Of a DNA stretch of 58,730 nucleotides, positions 9,871-20,504 are shown in pieces. Location: sequence record SRR20825019_449, one strand, 5' to 3'. The notes beneath the pieces were generated by a model. It was not told the origin of the DNA. It made no database searches and saw only the letters and a list, made by a program, of their open reading frames with translations. Positions within the stretch are counted from its first letter, which is position 1. Every line of letters begins with the position of its first letter. A program made the translations under genes and the position numbers.

Positions 9871-10863
9871 ATGCAAAGAGCACTGAAATTCGCTGCCATC
9901 GCCGCCATTCTTGGCCTGGCTGCCTGCAGCAACGATAACAGCGATAATGATAAAACAGAAGAAGGCACCGACGGCGCCCCACAAGAAGCGACTGAAACAG
10001 GCGCTGACACACAAGCACAGAAAGTACCCGATACAATGACAGATCAAGCCGCGTTCAAGGCTGAGAACCTCGCCTATCTCGAAGAAAATAAAAACAAAGA
10101 GGGCGTTCAGGTTACCGCATCCGGCCTTCAGTACCGCGTGATTGAAAGCGGCGACGGCAAAAGCCCAACGGCTGCCGATTTTGTAACCGTGCATTATGCT
10201 GGCCGCCTGATTGACGGCTCTGAGTTCGATTCGAGCTACAAGCGCGGTGAACCGGCCACATTCCCCGCTGGCCGCCTTATCCCAGGCTGGACCGAAGCGC
10301 TGCAACTGATGCAGGTTGGTGACAAGTGGGAACTCGCGATCCCAAGTGAGATTGCATACGGCGCAAACGGCGCTGGTGGTGTTATTCCGGGTGACGCGAC
10401 ACTGGTGTTTGATGTTGAGCTACTTGGTGTGATGACGCTTGAAGAAGCGGAGGCGGAAGCCCAGAAGCAAGCAGAAGCCTTCAAGATCCAGCAACTCGCA
10501 TTCCTTGAGGCAAATGCCAAAGAAGACGGTGTTGTTGAAACCGAATCAGGCCTGCAGTACCGCGTAATCGAGGAAGGTGAAGGCAAAAGCCCCACCGCAG
10601 AATCACAGGTAACTGTTCACTATGCCGGTACATTGATTGATGGGTCCGAGTTTGATTCGAGCTACAAGCGTGGTGAGCCAGCAAGCTTCCCGCTAAACGG
10701 TGTTATCGGTGGCTGGACTGAAGCTTTGCAACTGATGAAGGAAGGCAGCAAGTACGAGCTTTTCCTGCCCTATCATCTTGCATACGGCGAGCGTGGTTCA
10801 CGCACAATTCCGCCATACGCGACGCTGGTATTCACAGTAGAGCTCGTCTCGGTCGATAGCTAA
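9871..10863 (+). CDS. Lipoprotein FKBP-type peptidyl-prolyl isomerase with two tandem FKBP domains
   Basis: Lipobox [12 protein letters not shown]...[26 protein letters not shown] occurs twice. Confidence 0.95.
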   Translation: MQRALKFAAIAAILGLAACSNDNSDNDKTEEGTDGAPQEATETGADTQAQKVPDTMTDQAAFKAENLAYLEENKNKEGVQVTASGLQYRVIESGDGKSPTAADFVTVHYAGRLIDGSEFDSSYKRGEPATFPAGRLIPGWTEALQLMQVGDKWELAIPSEIAYGANGAGGVIPGDATLVFDVELLGVMTLEEAEAEAQKQAEAFKIQQLAFLEANAKEDGVVETESGLQYRVIEEGEGKSPTAESQVTVHYAGTLIDGSEFDSSYKRGEPASFPLNGVIGGWTEALQLMKEGSKYELFLPYHLAYGERGSRTIPPYATLVFTVELVSVDS

Positions 10864-11063
10864 GACAAATAACAAAGGATGCCGTAACAACGCTCAAGCA
10901 CATGCTGGAAATAGACATAAAGCGCGATATCCAGCAGCGCCAGAAACCCAAGAACTGGCAGCACTATATATTTGAGCACGATGATAGCGGCACCAAAAGT
11001 TATCCGGGGCGGGGCAATGCGCCGTCCCATCACTTCCTCAGTTTTTGTGCGCTTCCAGAACAT
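10860..11063 (-). CDS. Small membrane protein
   Basis: MFWKR... with a TM helix and C-terminal CYGILC. Confidence 0.55.
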   Translation of the reverse strand: MFWKRTKTEEVMGRRIAPPRITFGAAIIVLKYIVLPVLGFLALLDIALYVYFQHVLERCYGILCYLS

Positions 11064-11091
11064 GGTTTGATCATACGGCAGGGCGCTGCCT

Positions 11092-12063
11092 ATGCCTAGC
11101 GCGCAATCACCAGCCCGATCGCATGACCAGATAACCGTCCAGCCCGGTCCCATTGACCCAACCCACTGGCACGCACTGCCTGAGGGCACCCCTATACCAC
11201 TGCAACAACACTGGCTTTATGGTCTTGCGCTTCAATCCGTTGGGGTGCCGATATATCAGTGGCAGATCGAAGACACAGATGGCCCGCTTGGTTTCGCGCT
11301 GGTGGCCAGACGCAGGTTCTTGCGCCTTGTCAGCTTTGATACCTTGTTACGCGGCCCGCTTTATTTCCGCGACCGCGCCAAAAGCACAAACGCTGTGCAC
11401 AAGGCCCTGCGGCGTAAATCCAATCCCTGGCGCTGGCGCTTCCTGCTGCAACAACCTGAACTGCTCGACGATACCGCGACAACACAGGCACTGAAGACGG
11501 CTGGGCTCAGGCAGGTTGCGACCGGCTATTCCACGGCATGGCTTGACCTGCGACCGGAGCCGGGCGTGCTTCGCGCTGCCCTTGTGGGCAAATGGCGCAC
11601 CCAGCTTCGCGCGGCAGAGAAGGCCGATATGCAGATCAGCATTGGTGGCCATAAAGCGCACCACTATGCCTGGCTGTTGGAAAAAGAAGCGGCGCAGCGC
11701 AGTGCCCGGTCGTATCAGGCAACCCCGCTTGAGCTTGTTCCGCTTTATCAAGCAACGGCTGAACACGCTGGCGAGCCTGGCATCCTGTCTGTTACCGCAA
11801 TGTCGGGGCGCAGGAGGATCGCGGGTGCCATCTTCCTGCTGCACGGCAACAGCGCGACCTATCACATGGGCTGGGTGGGCGAAGAAGGCCGAAGCACCGG
11901 CGCCCAGAACCGCGTGCTGTTTGAGGCCATGTGCGCCCTTCGGCAAAAGGGAATCAGCTTTCTTGACCTCGGTGGTATCAACACGGCGGAAGGTGCAGGC
12001 ATTGCCCGCTTCAAGCTGGGAACCGGCGCCGCGCCCGTAACCTACACCGGCAGCTGGATCTAG
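11092..12063 (+). CDS. GNAT/FemAB-like acyltransferase
   Basis: GKWRTQLRAAE, ATYHMGW, LDLGGIN, GIARFKLGTG. Confidence 0.85.
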   Translation: MPSAQSPARSHDQITVQPGPIDPTHWHALPEGTPIPLQQHWLYGLALQSVGVPIYQWQIEDTDGPLGFALVARRRFLRLVSFDTLLRGPLYFRDRAKSTNAVHKALRRKSNPWRWRFLLQQPELLDDTATTQALKTAGLRQVATGYSTAWLDLRPEPGVLRAALVGKWRTQLRAAEKADMQISIGGHKAHHYAWLLEKEAAQRSARSYQATPLELVPLYQATAEHAGEPGILSVTAMSGRRRIAGAIFLLHGNSATYHMGWVGEEGRSTGAQNRVLFEAMCALRQKGISFLDLGGINTAEGAGIARFKLGTGAAPVTYTGSWI

Positions 12064-12689
12064 GGCTTGGTGGCCTCTTCTTCCTCTACTGCTTCCTCTT
12101 CAGCGGCCTTGTCATCCTTCTTAATAAACTCTCGTGCCGCCTTGAACTCCTGCTCACCGGCACCGGTAAGCTCTATTTCCACGTCTGTTGGTCGCTGCAC
12201 GTAGTAAATAACCACCCCAAGGAGGAGGGCGATGATGACAAGCAGGCCGATAGCCAACGGGCCAAAAGCTTGTTTTCCCTGTGGTGAAGGCTCATATGCT
12301 GCCGCTCCAACCGTGGGCACGGGCCTGTCGTCTGCCACCGTAACCGGTGCGATCAAGGCATAGCCTTTGCGCGGGATTGTCTTGATATAACGCGGTATTT
12401 TGGGGTCATCGTTCAACGCATGCCGCAATTTAGAAATCGCCTGCGTCAGGGCTTCATCACCGGCAAATGACGCAGTTGAGATTGCAGACAGCAACGCATC
12501 CCTGCTCACAGGCTCGCCGCCAGCAGCACAAAGCACCTCCAGCAGGCGCACAAGGCGCGGCTCTATCGTCCGGCTCACACCGTCCAGCCATATCTGGTTT
12601 CGCGCGCTATCAAAGATGGTATCGCCGATACGCACTTTTCCTGACATTCCAGGCCCTGACATAACAGGCTTCTCAACCTTGTCGGTCAT
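12060..12689 (-). CDS. CadC/ToxR-like membrane-anchored winged-helix regulator
   Basis: EPRLVRLL...DEALTQAISKLRHAL.DDPKIPRYIKTIPRKGY, then one TM helix. Confidence 0.88.
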   Translation of the reverse strand: MTDKVEKPVMSGPGMSGKVRIGDTIFDSARNQIWLDGVSRTIEPRLVRLLEVLCAAGGEPVSRDALLSAISTASFAGDEALTQAISKLRHALNDDPKIPRYIKTIPRKGYALIAPVTVADDRPVPTVGAAAYEPSPQGKQAFGPLAIGLLVIIALLLGVVIYYVQRPTDVEIELTGAGEQEFKAAREFIKKDDKAAEEEAVEEEEATKP

Positions 12690-12804
12690 CTCTCTCAATG
12701 TTTTTCAACCTTTTTGTCAGGACTTTCCCGCCTGTTTTCCCTTAGCTCCAAACAGATACAGCGCTGGTCGCTGATCTGTCAAACTAGCAAAAAGCGAGGA
12801 TAGA

Positions 12805-13923
12805 ATGACAATATTTCGACTTATACTCATAGCTGCCCTTGGCCTGGTCAGCCAAAGAGCAACAGCCCAGACCGCCCCACACCATGGTGGGTTCATTGAC
12901 CGCGAAGTGCTTACGCGCTTCCTGAACGACGCGGAGGACAAAGGGTTTAAAGGCATTGTCGCCGTCTCAGGGCCTGACGGCACGATATTTTCCCGCGGCT
13001 TTGGCGCCGCAGATACGATGGGCACCGCCTACTCACCACAAACAGTGGTGGATATCGCCTCCGTCACCAAACAGTTCACCGGCGCGGCGATCTTAACGTT
13101 GTTTGAGGACGGCAAGCTGAGCTTGAACGACAGGCTCGACCGGTTCTTTCCAGATGTACCAACTGACAAAGCCGCCATCACTGTTCATCAATTGCTGACC
13201 CACACGGCAGGTCTGCCGCACGGGCTTGGTGAGGACAAAGAGATCATTGGCAAACAGGATTATATCGCCCGCGCATTTGCAACACCTCTTATACTCAGGC
13301 CAGGTGAACGGTACGAATATTCAAACGTGGGTTTCACCCTCGCGGCGGCGATTATTGAGCAAGTTTCAGGGCAATCGTATGAAGACTATCTTTATGAAGC
13401 TCTCTGGAAACCTGCCGGCATGGTTGCGACAGGATATCTGCGCCCCAACTGGAACGACCGGCCCATGCAAACGCATGCCGCCCCGATAGAGGGCTTTCAC
13501 GCGCAGCAGGAACTGCTGGAAAAAGCAGATGGCAAGTTCTGGCATCTCACAGGCAACGGCGGCTTGTTAAGCACAGCTGAGAACATCCTGAAATGGCACC
13601 GCGCCCTCCTCAAAAACACAGTCCTGTCAGATGAGAGCAAAGCGCTGCTGTTTGAACCTCACGTGCCTGAAGATGCCGACGGCGTCTATCACTACGGCTA
13701 TGGCTGGTCTGTAGTCCCCGACTATCTGGGTAAAAAGCTGGTTTGGCACAACGGCGGCAGCTATTTCGCGACCGCAGATTTCTGGCGCTTTCCGGCGCAA
13801 GGCACAGCCTTTTTCATTGCGTCTCACGAGGGTGACATCCCTACCTTTATGGTCGCGGACGGCATCGCCGCCATTCTGCTTGGTAAAACCCCGCGTCCCG
13901 TATCAAGGCAGGCGGAAGAATAA
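12805..13923 (+). CDS. Exported serine hydrolase, beta-lactamase class C/AmpH family
   Basis: Signal peptide; ASVTK (SxxK), LLTHTAG, YSN, WHNG. Confidence 0.9.
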   Translation: MTIFRLILIAALGLVSQRATAQTAPHHGGFIDREVLTRFLNDAEDKGFKGIVAVSGPDGTIFSRGFGAADTMGTAYSPQTVVDIASVTKQFTGAAILTLFEDGKLSLNDRLDRFFPDVPTDKAAITVHQLLTHTAGLPHGLGEDKEIIGKQDYIARAFATPLILRPGERYEYSNVGFTLAAAIIEQVSGQSYEDYLYEALWKPAGMVATGYLRPNWNDRPMQTHAAPIEGFHAQQELLEKADGKFWHLTGNGGLLSTAENILKWHRALLKNTVLSDESKALLFEPHVPEDADGVYHYGYGWSVVPDYLGKKLVWHNGGSYFATADFWRFPAQGTAFFIASHEGDIPTFMVADGIAAILLGKTPRPVSRQAEE

Positions 13924-14018
13924 AACGCGCGTTGCTGTGCTGTCCGACGCAGTGCGGCAACGCTCCCTTTATAAAAGATTCTTACCCCACTTGTATGATT
14001 TGGGCTGGCATTCCATAT

Positions 14019-14033
14019 TGTGATATTATAACT
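14019..14033 (+). promoter_or_regulatory. Putative Zur box
   Basis: TGTGATATTATAACT, 13/15 match to the TGTTATATTATAACA Zur-type core, about 37 nt before a His-rich transporter gene. Confidence 0.6.
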
Positions 14034-14069
14034 GTACATCTCAAAGATTCGAGATCAAAACAGGATCAC

Positions 14070-15152
14070 ATGTTGGACTGGGCGTTAATATTATCTGTGG
14101 TGGTACTTCTTGCAGCACCTCTGCTTGCGAAGCTGGTATCGCGTGCGCCGCAGATTAAAGGCGCGCTGGACGGCTTTGTACTGATGACCGTCCTTGGCCT
14201 GATCACGCTCACGCTGCTGCCTGAAGCATTGGCACACGGTGGCTTTTGGGGCCTGGCGATAGCAGTATTTGGGTTCACGCTGCCCTGGATCGCTGAGTTT
14301 CTTTTCCATCATGCAGAAGAGATGACCCACCGCATTGTATTGATGGTGGCGTCACTTGCCCTTGTGGTACATGCCGCATCAGACGGCGCCATTTTAGCCT
14401 TCGCCAGTGAAACCGAGGCCGGGTCTTTTGTGGCCACCGGTATTCTCCTGCACCGTATCGGGGTTGCCGTGGCGGTCTGGTGGCTGCTCAGGCCTGTGCT
14501 GTCAACCGCGGGCGGCCTTGCTGTGCTTGCCGGACTTGGCGCGATGACAATCGTCGGCTACATGCTCGCGCTCTTTGCTGGTGAATGGTACAACTTCCCG
14601 CTTGTTGGCTATTGGCAGGCGTTTGCCGCTGGCTCCCTTCTCCACGTGGTGTTGCACCCGCTTGAGGACCATAACCCGGCCCCCAGCAAAAACACTTTGC
14701 CTGCCCACCGGCTGGGTACCGCGCTGGGCCTCGTGTTTGTGGTGGCCCTTATCAGCGCGCACTATTTCCATCACACCCCGGGGCCTCTGGCGGAAATGCC
14801 CGTGCACGGCATGCACCACGCTGTAGAGCTTCTAAGTGCTGTTGGGCGGCTAATGGCACCAATCCTTCTGCTGGTGCTGCTTGTTGCGTCCATATTGCCG
14901 CACGTATACGGCAAAGGCATGAGCGGAGCATTTGACGGCATCAAGAAAACCGCGCCGTGGACCGTTTTGCTCTGGCTCGCGGGTACCATTTTTGCTGAGC
15001 TGAGCCCCGTCGGTGTCGCCATCCCGTCAGGCAGCCTGCCGCTTTTCATTATCTGGGCGATCGCTGTATCCGCCATTTTGGTGCATATGGGCGCGCGCGC
15101 CTTCTTCACGAGCCTGATGCCAAGCTTCCGCCAGCACCGTCACAGCCACTAA
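14070..15152 (+). CDS. His-rich polytopic membrane protein, ZIP-like metal transporter
   Basis: About 10 TM helices; LLPEA, HAASDG, LLHR, GSLLHVVLH; His-rich loop and tail. Confidence 0.65.
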   Translation: MLDWALILSVVVLLAAPLLAKLVSRAPQIKGALDGFVLMTVLGLITLTLLPEALAHGGFWGLAIAVFGFTLPWIAEFLFHHAEEMTHRIVLMVASLALVVHAASDGAILAFASETEAGSFVATGILLHRIGVAVAVWWLLRPVLSTAGGLAVLAGLGAMTIVGYMLALFAGEWYNFPLVGYWQAFAAGSLLHVVLHPLEDHNPAPSKNTLPAHRLGTALGLVFVVALISAHYFHHTPGPLAEMPVHGMHHAVELLSAVGRLMAPILLLVLLVASILPHVYGKGMSGAFDGIKKTAPWTVLLWLAGTIFAELSPVGVAIPSGSLPLFIIWAIAVSAILVHMGARAFFTSLMPSFRQHRHSH

Positions 15153-15236
15153 AACTAAGCCCCACTGTAATAAGGTTTTGCTTGCCCCCGCCCTGAAAGA
15201 GCGCTAGCCATGCCGCGCGAGCAAAAGGATTTCGGC

Positions 15237-16001
15237 ATGCGATTTGACGGGCAAACCGTTCTTGTCACCGGCGGCACATCAGGGTTTGGCGAGGCCATCG
15301 TCAAAGCCTTCGCGCGCGAGGGTGCCACTGTGCACTTTTGTGGGCTGGTTGACGCTGAGGGCGCGCGGGTCAAATCCGAGATTGAAGCCTTGGGCGGCAT
15401 AGCATTTTACCATCACGCTGATGTACGCCTTGAAGACGATGTCAAAGCCCTGGTAGAGGCAGCAAGTGTAGCCACTGGTGGCCTGGATGTCGCTGTCAAT
15501 AATGCTGGCATCAGCCACACATCTGCCCGCTTTGCTGACCAGGATATGGCCATGGTGGAAGATGTATGGCGCACCAATGTGATGGGTATCTGGCACGCCA
15601 TGCGCCATGAAATCAAAGTCATGCTGAACTCCGGCGGCGGGGCGATCATCAATACGGCGTCAATCCTGTCAAAATCCGGTGCGGAATGGATGGCGGCTTA
15701 TGGTACCAGTAAACATGCTGTTGTTGGGCTGACAAAAAGCGCAGCCCTTGATTATGCCGACCACGGTATCCGCATCAACGCTGTCTCGCCGGGGCCAATG
15801 CTAACCCCGATGTTTGAGCGCGCACTTGAGGATATCGGCGGAGATATGAGCAAGTTTGCGGGCGGCCTGCCAAAAGGCGGCCCCGCGAACCCGGCCGATG
15901 TTGCAAAAACAGTGCTGTATCTGGCTAGCGAAGAAGCGGCCTATATGAACGGCGCCAACGTGGTGGTGGACGGCGGCACGTCATCTGGCCAACATGGCTA
16001 A
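15237..16001 (+). CDS. Short-chain dehydrogenase/reductase
   Basis: TGGTSGFG, NNAG, YGTSK, RINAVSPG. Confidence 0.93.
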   Translation: MRFDGQTVLVTGGTSGFGEAIVKAFAREGATVHFCGLVDAEGARVKSEIEALGGIAFYHHADVRLEDDVKALVEAASVATGGLDVAVNNAGISHTSARFADQDMAMVEDVWRTNVMGIWHAMRHEIKVMLNSGGGAIINTASILSKSGAEWMAAYGTSKHAVVGLTKSAALDYADHGIRINAVSPGPMLTPMFERALEDIGGDMSKFAGGLPKGGPANPADVAKTVLYLASEEAAYMNGANVVVDGGTSSGQHG

Positions 16002-16082
16002 AATTAAGGCTATCCCTTGAAAATCAGGGGCCGGGCCGTCAGATAGTAACGGGGCATTTCGCCCACCGGAGTTTAGCGCGCG

Positions 16083-17156
16083 ATGAATATGGTAACCAAC
16101 TGGTTCCGCAGAACCTTCTCAGACCCGCAGATGGTTCTGCTGGTGCTGGTGCTTGTTATCGCGCTCATAGGCATCACCTTCTTTGGGCATATGCTCGCAC
16201 CAGCGATTGCAGCCGTGGTGATCACCTTCCTTCTGGATGGCCCGGTAAGTTGGCTTGAACGCAAAGGCGTTCGCCCGCTCATTGCGGTGATAGCTGTTTA
16301 TCTCGGGTTTGTGTTTCTCTCGCTTATCACCATGCTTGCGGTGCTGCCGCCGCTCGCGCGCCAGGTTGGCCAGTTTGTAAACGATGCGCCAGCAATGGCG
16401 GAGAGCCTGCAGCAGGCGCTCCTGAACCTGCAGGCTCGTTTCCCCAACCTGATATCCGAAGCACAGGTACAGAGCTGGATTTCAGGCATTGGAAACGAAA
16501 TTGCAAACCTAGGGCCCCAGTTGCTGCAATATTCCCTAACCGGCCTCACGGGTGCTGTTGCTTTTGTGGTGTACGCCGTGCTTGTGCCGGTGATGGTGTT
16601 CTTCTTCCTCAAGGACAAAACGCAGATCCTGCAATGGTTCAGCCGTTTCTTTCCAAATGACAAACCGCTTCTGGAGCAGGTTTGGCGTGAAATACTGGAA
16701 CGCGCGGGCGATTATGCCCGCGGCAAGGTCTATGAGATACTGATCGTGGGGGTTGCGGCCTTCATCACATATCAGATTCTGGGGCTGCCTTATGCCACAC
16801 TGTTGGCAGTTGCCACCGGCCTCAGTGTCATCATTCCCTATTTCGGCGCTGCCGCTGTCACCTTCCCGGTTGCGCTGGTGGCCTATTTCCATTGGGGTGT
16901 GAGCGGTGAGATGGCAACAGCAATCATCGCCTATCTGGTGCTTCAGGCACTGGACGGTAACGTGCTTGTGCCGCTCTTGTTCTCGGAAGCAGTGAAGCTG
17001 CACCCCAACGCCATTATCATTGCGATTTTGATCTTTGGCGGCATCTGGGGCTTCTGGGGTGTCTTTTTTGCTATCCCGCTGGCGACAGTCGCAAACGCGG
17101 TGCTTCGAGGCTGGCGTGAACGGGCTGCAGGGACCAGTGCATCCGCTAACACCTGA
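16083..17156 (+). CDS. AI-2E family transporter (PerM-like)
   Basis: LDGNVLVPLLFSEAVKLHP...FGGIWGFWGVFFAIP. Confidence 0.9.
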   Translation: MNMVTNWFRRTFSDPQMVLLVLVLVIALIGITFFGHMLAPAIAAVVITFLLDGPVSWLERKGVRPLIAVIAVYLGFVFLSLITMLAVLPPLARQVGQFVNDAPAMAESLQQALLNLQARFPNLISEAQVQSWISGIGNEIANLGPQLLQYSLTGLTGAVAFVVYAVLVPVMVFFFLKDKTQILQWFSRFFPNDKPLLEQVWREILERAGDYARGKVYEILIVGVAAFITYQILGLPYATLLAVATGLSVIIPYFGAAAVTFPVALVAYFHWGVSGEMATAIIAYLVLQALDGNVLVPLLFSEAVKLHPNAIIIAILIFGGIWGFWGVFFAIPLATVANAVLRGWRERAAGTSASANT

Positions 17157-17234
17157 TTTTAAAAAACCTTTTCATCCGGCTGAATTTCTGCCTAAATGTG
17201 CTTGGGCTAACACTAAAACGAGCATGATTATTCA

Positions 17235-17588
17235 ATGATACTGGAATCTCGCAGCATCATCTTTTCGGACGAAGAACTGGTTCTTGCATTGCGCCCGGTG
17301 CTTGAAAGCCGCGGTGCAGCTGCCAATCCACCAATTTCAAACATCGCCTCCCAGCTTGACGATGAGGGCGAAGTGACTGTGCGGTTTGACCTGTCTGATG
17401 GGTCCGACCCTGTGCTGTTCAACAGCCGTGAAGTCGGTGCCGCCGTTCTCAATCACTGTATCGACCAAGGCATACCGCTGCCGCGCGGTTCGTATAAGGA
17501 ACTCGCCATCCGTGGTTCGCATATTGCGTTGATTGTACGGCTTGAATCCGGCTCGATGAGCTCAGGCATAGACGAGGACGAAGAGTAG
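17235..17588 (+). CDS. Hypothetical protein
   Basis: Clean ORF, protein-like, acidic tail; fills the gap before convergent cysK. Confidence 0.7.
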   Translation: MILESRSIIFSDEELVLALRPVLESRGAAANPPISNIASQLDDEGEVTVRFDLSDGSDPVLFNSREVGAAVLNHCIDQGIPLPRGSYKELAIRGSHIALIVRLESGSMSSGIDEDEE

Positions 17589-17628
17589 CTCTTCGTCCTT
17601 TTTCTTATTCATGAAATGACCCAAAGGT

Positions 17629-18543
17629 CTATTCCGGCAGAAACTCTGGAACAGATAGATAGCGCTCGCCCGTGTCGTAACAAAAGCCGATCACGCGGGC
17701 GCCTTTTGGCAGGCTCGCAACCTTCGTGGCAATAGCTGCCAAGGTGGCACCTGACGATATGCCAACAAGCATGGCTTCTTCCCGCGCGGCGCGCAGGGCC
17801 ATTTTCTTGGCGTCCAAAGGGTCAACCTTCAAAACCTCATCGATCAGGCTCATGTCCATCACGTCAGGGATGAAGCCCGCACCAATACCCTGTATCGGAT
17901 GTGGCCCCGGGTCACCGCCTGACATGACCGGCGACAGCGTCGGCTCCACAGCACACACCTTAAAGCCCGGCCATGCCTTCTTCAGCACCTCGGCACAACC
18001 GGTGATATGCCCACCAGTACCAACACCCGTGATCAGATAATCAAGGCCGTCCGGGAAATCTGCCAGGATTTCCTCAGCGGTTTTTTCCCGGTGCACTTTC
18101 ACGTTGGCGGGGTTTGAGAACTGTTGCGGCATCCAGCCACCTTCGGTGCTTTCCAGAACCTCGGCTGCTTTCGCAATCGCGCCTTTCATGCCAAGCTCCT
18201 TTGGCGTCAGCACAAACTCAGCACCATACGCCAGCATCAAACGACGACGCTCAACCGACATGGATTCAGGCATCACGAGGATAAGCTTATAGCCCTTCAC
18301 CGCCGCCACCATGGCAAGGCCAATACCGGTGTTGCCGGATGTCGGCTCAATGATCACGCCGCCCGGCTTGAGGGAACCGTCTTTCTCAGCTTCTTCAATC
18401 ATCGAAAGCGCGATACGGTCCTTGATCGAGCCGCCCGGGTTGACCCGCTCCTGCTTGATCCAGACCTCATGGTCAGGGAATAGGCGCTTGAGCCGTACAT
18501 GCGGCGTACCGCCAATGGTGTCCAAAATGGATTCAGCTTTCAT
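17629..18543 (-). CDS. cysK: Cysteine synthase A
   Basis: [38 protein letters not shown]. Confidence 0.96.
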   Translation of the reverse strand: MKAESILDTIGGTPHVRLKRLFPDHEVWIKQERVNPGGSIKDRIALSMIEEAEKDGSLKPGGVIIEPTSGNTGIGLAMVAAVKGYKLILVMPESMSVERRRLMLAYGAEFVLTPKELGMKGAIAKAAEVLESTEGGWMPQQFSNPANVKVHREKTAEEILADFPDGLDYLITGVGTGGHITGCAEVLKKAWPGFKVCAVEPTLSPVMSGGDPGPHPIQGIGAGFIPDVMDMSLIDEVLKVDPLDAKKMALRAAREEAMLVGISSGATLAAIATKVASLPKGARVIGFCYDTGERYLSVPEFLPE

Positions 18544-18585
18544 GGATACCCCTTATGATATTTGTGATCAGCGAGGCGTCAGGCT

Positions 18586-19449
18586 TTAGCCTTGCGCCTT
18601 CTGCCGAGATTTGATTGAAACGATTTCATCGGTGTCGCATGGCCGGAACATCACGCGGGACCACGCCGGTACAGACCGTGTTATCCAGACGTTACCACCA
18701 ATAACCGAGTTATTGCCGACCGTGGTTTCACCGCCCAAAATGGTCGCACCCGCATAAATCACCACATTGTCTTCAATGGTGGGGTGCCGCTTTTTGGATT
18801 TCTGGTCCCGGTCAACACGAAGCGCGCCGAGTGTGACACCCTGATAAAGCTTCACATTATTACCGATGACAGCGGTTTCACCGACCACCACGCCCGTACC
18901 GTGGTCGATGAAAAATGATTTGCCGATTGTCGCGCCCGGATTGATGTCCACACCGGTTTTCTGGTGCGCGTATTCCGTGATCATACGCGGCAGCAACGGC
19001 ACCTCACGTTTGTGAAGCGCGTGCGCGATCCGGTATGCGGTGATTGCATAAAACCCCGGATAACACAGGATCACTTCTTCAACTGATTCTGAAGCCGGGT
19101 CACTATCAAAAATTGCCTGCGCATCAAGGAAACAATTTTCAGCAATGGTCGGCAGGTCTGAGAGAAAACCCTGCACCAAAAGGCGTGCACATCCAATGTC
19201 CTTGCCTTTGCACAAGCTATCAACAAGCAGGTAAAACTCTTGTTCCAGCAGCTCAAGCCGTGCCTGAAGCGAAAGATCGTCTCCTTCCGCTACCGCATAA
19301 TGCGGGAACATCACCGCCGCGGTTTTCTTCAGCAGGTTCCCTATTTTGGCAAGCGACAAGCCCGTCAGGTTGCCATACCGCTGGTGATGTTCCTGCAGTT
19401 TGGCCGCGATATGCTCAAGGCTCGTATCAGATATGGATGTGGTGCTCAT
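18586..19449 (-). CDS. cysE: Serine O-acetyltransferase
   Basis: DPA...CYPG, DINPGATIG, FIDHGTGVVVGET, KRHPTIED; adjacent to cysK. Confidence 0.93.
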   Translation of the reverse strand: MSTTSISDTSLEHIAAKLQEHHQRYGNLTGLSLAKIGNLLKKTAAVMFPHYAVAEGDDLSLQARLELLEQEFYLLVDSLCKGKDIGCARLLVQGFLSDLPTIAENCFLDAQAIFDSDPASESVEEVILCYPGFYAITAYRIAHALHKREVPLLPRMITEYAHQKTGVDINPGATIGKSFFIDHGTGVVVGETAVIGNNVKLYQGVTLGALRVDRDQKSKKRHPTIEDNVVIYAGATILGGETTVGNNSVIGGNVWITRSVPAWSRVMFRPCDTDEIVSIKSRQKAQG

Positions 19450-19581
19450 GGCAGACCCTCTTCTTCCTGTATAACAGTTTAGGAGGCCGGGAGCCATCTA
19501 CAAGCCCTGCCGGAGTGATAAATTCTTCACTTTCATGAGAGGAAAGCTTGTCTTTCCCCATGCTTTAGACTTTATACCGCG

Positions 19582-20352
19582 CTAGGCGTCGTCGTCCGCC
19601 ACCTTGTGCGTGAGCAGATTCCCAAAACCTGCTTCGGCGATCAACTGGTCAGACCGGGTCACGACGGCCGCTTCCACTCTCTCCATGAAGCCGGCTTTAT
19701 CAAGCCCGTGCTCAATCGGGCCATCAATCTCAAACACGGCAGTACCGCCCCGGTGCCAGAACCCTTTTGTCCAAAACAGGCCGGTGTTGGTTGCAACCGT
19801 ATAAACCGGCAGGTCTGTATCCGCCTGCAGGTAATAGGCGCCGCTTTTCAGCCTGCGGTAATGGCCGGGGCGCATCCGTGTTGCCTGCGGGTAAACAATA
19901 AGCGGACGCCCCATCTCCTGAATATGTTTGGCAACATCTTCCATGCCCTTGTGCGCCGTGCGGCTTTCGCGGTCAATTTTAACAATCTTGGCCTTTCGGA
20001 GGGCGGCACCAATAAAAGGCACATGAAACAGTTGCTTTTTCGCAAGCGCCGTCACGTCATTCCGTATGGGGAACGTCATGATCGGGTCCATATTCGACTG
20101 GTGAGCTGCCGCGAGTATGAAAGCGCCTTCTTTTGGTAATTTTTCCAGCCCGCGATACTCATGTTTCAGGCCAAGGGTCAAACGCGCGATCCACAGCGAG
20201 CCCCTGCAGTAGTAATGAATACCCCTACGAATAGGGCCATCTGTTTTGGCCAGACAAAGTGGCATCAACCCGATGCTGCAATAAATGAGTGTAAAGGGAT
20301 AGTAGATCAGGTTGAACAGGATGGAGCCGATCCCATTTCTCAATAGTTTCAC
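19582..20352 (-). CDS. 1-acyl-sn-glycerol-3-phosphate acyltransferase (PlsC family)
   Basis: HQSNMD (HX4D), AKKQLF, IDRE, YPQATR; GTG start after AGGAG. Confidence 0.85.
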   Translation of the reverse strand: MKLLRNGIGSILFNLIYYPFTLIYCSIGLMPLCLAKTDGPIRRGIHYYCRGSLWIARLTLGLKHEYRGLEKLPKEGAFILAAAHQSNMDPIMTFPIRNDVTALAKKQLFHVPFIGAALRKAKIVKIDRESRTAHKGMEDVAKHIQEMGRPLIVYPQATRMRPGHYRRLKSGAYYLQADTDLPVYTVATNTGLFWTKGFWHRGGTAVFEIDGPIEHGLDKAGFMERVEAAVVTRSDQLIAEAGFGNLLTHKVADDDA

Positions 20353-20504
20353 GAACGTCTCTCCTGCTGGTAAACCACATTTGTTGCGCGGCACGCGCAT
20401 CCGACATAGGCATTGCCACTATAGCCGGGTTTAACTCAAGAAAAAAATCCGTTAGCGTTGAGCAATGACGGGTATGCTTCGCCCATGCAGCAAGGGGATT
20501 TCAG

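Noticed and set aside
19450-19581. SAM or other riboswitch upstream of cysE
   Set aside because: No recognisable aptamer consensus
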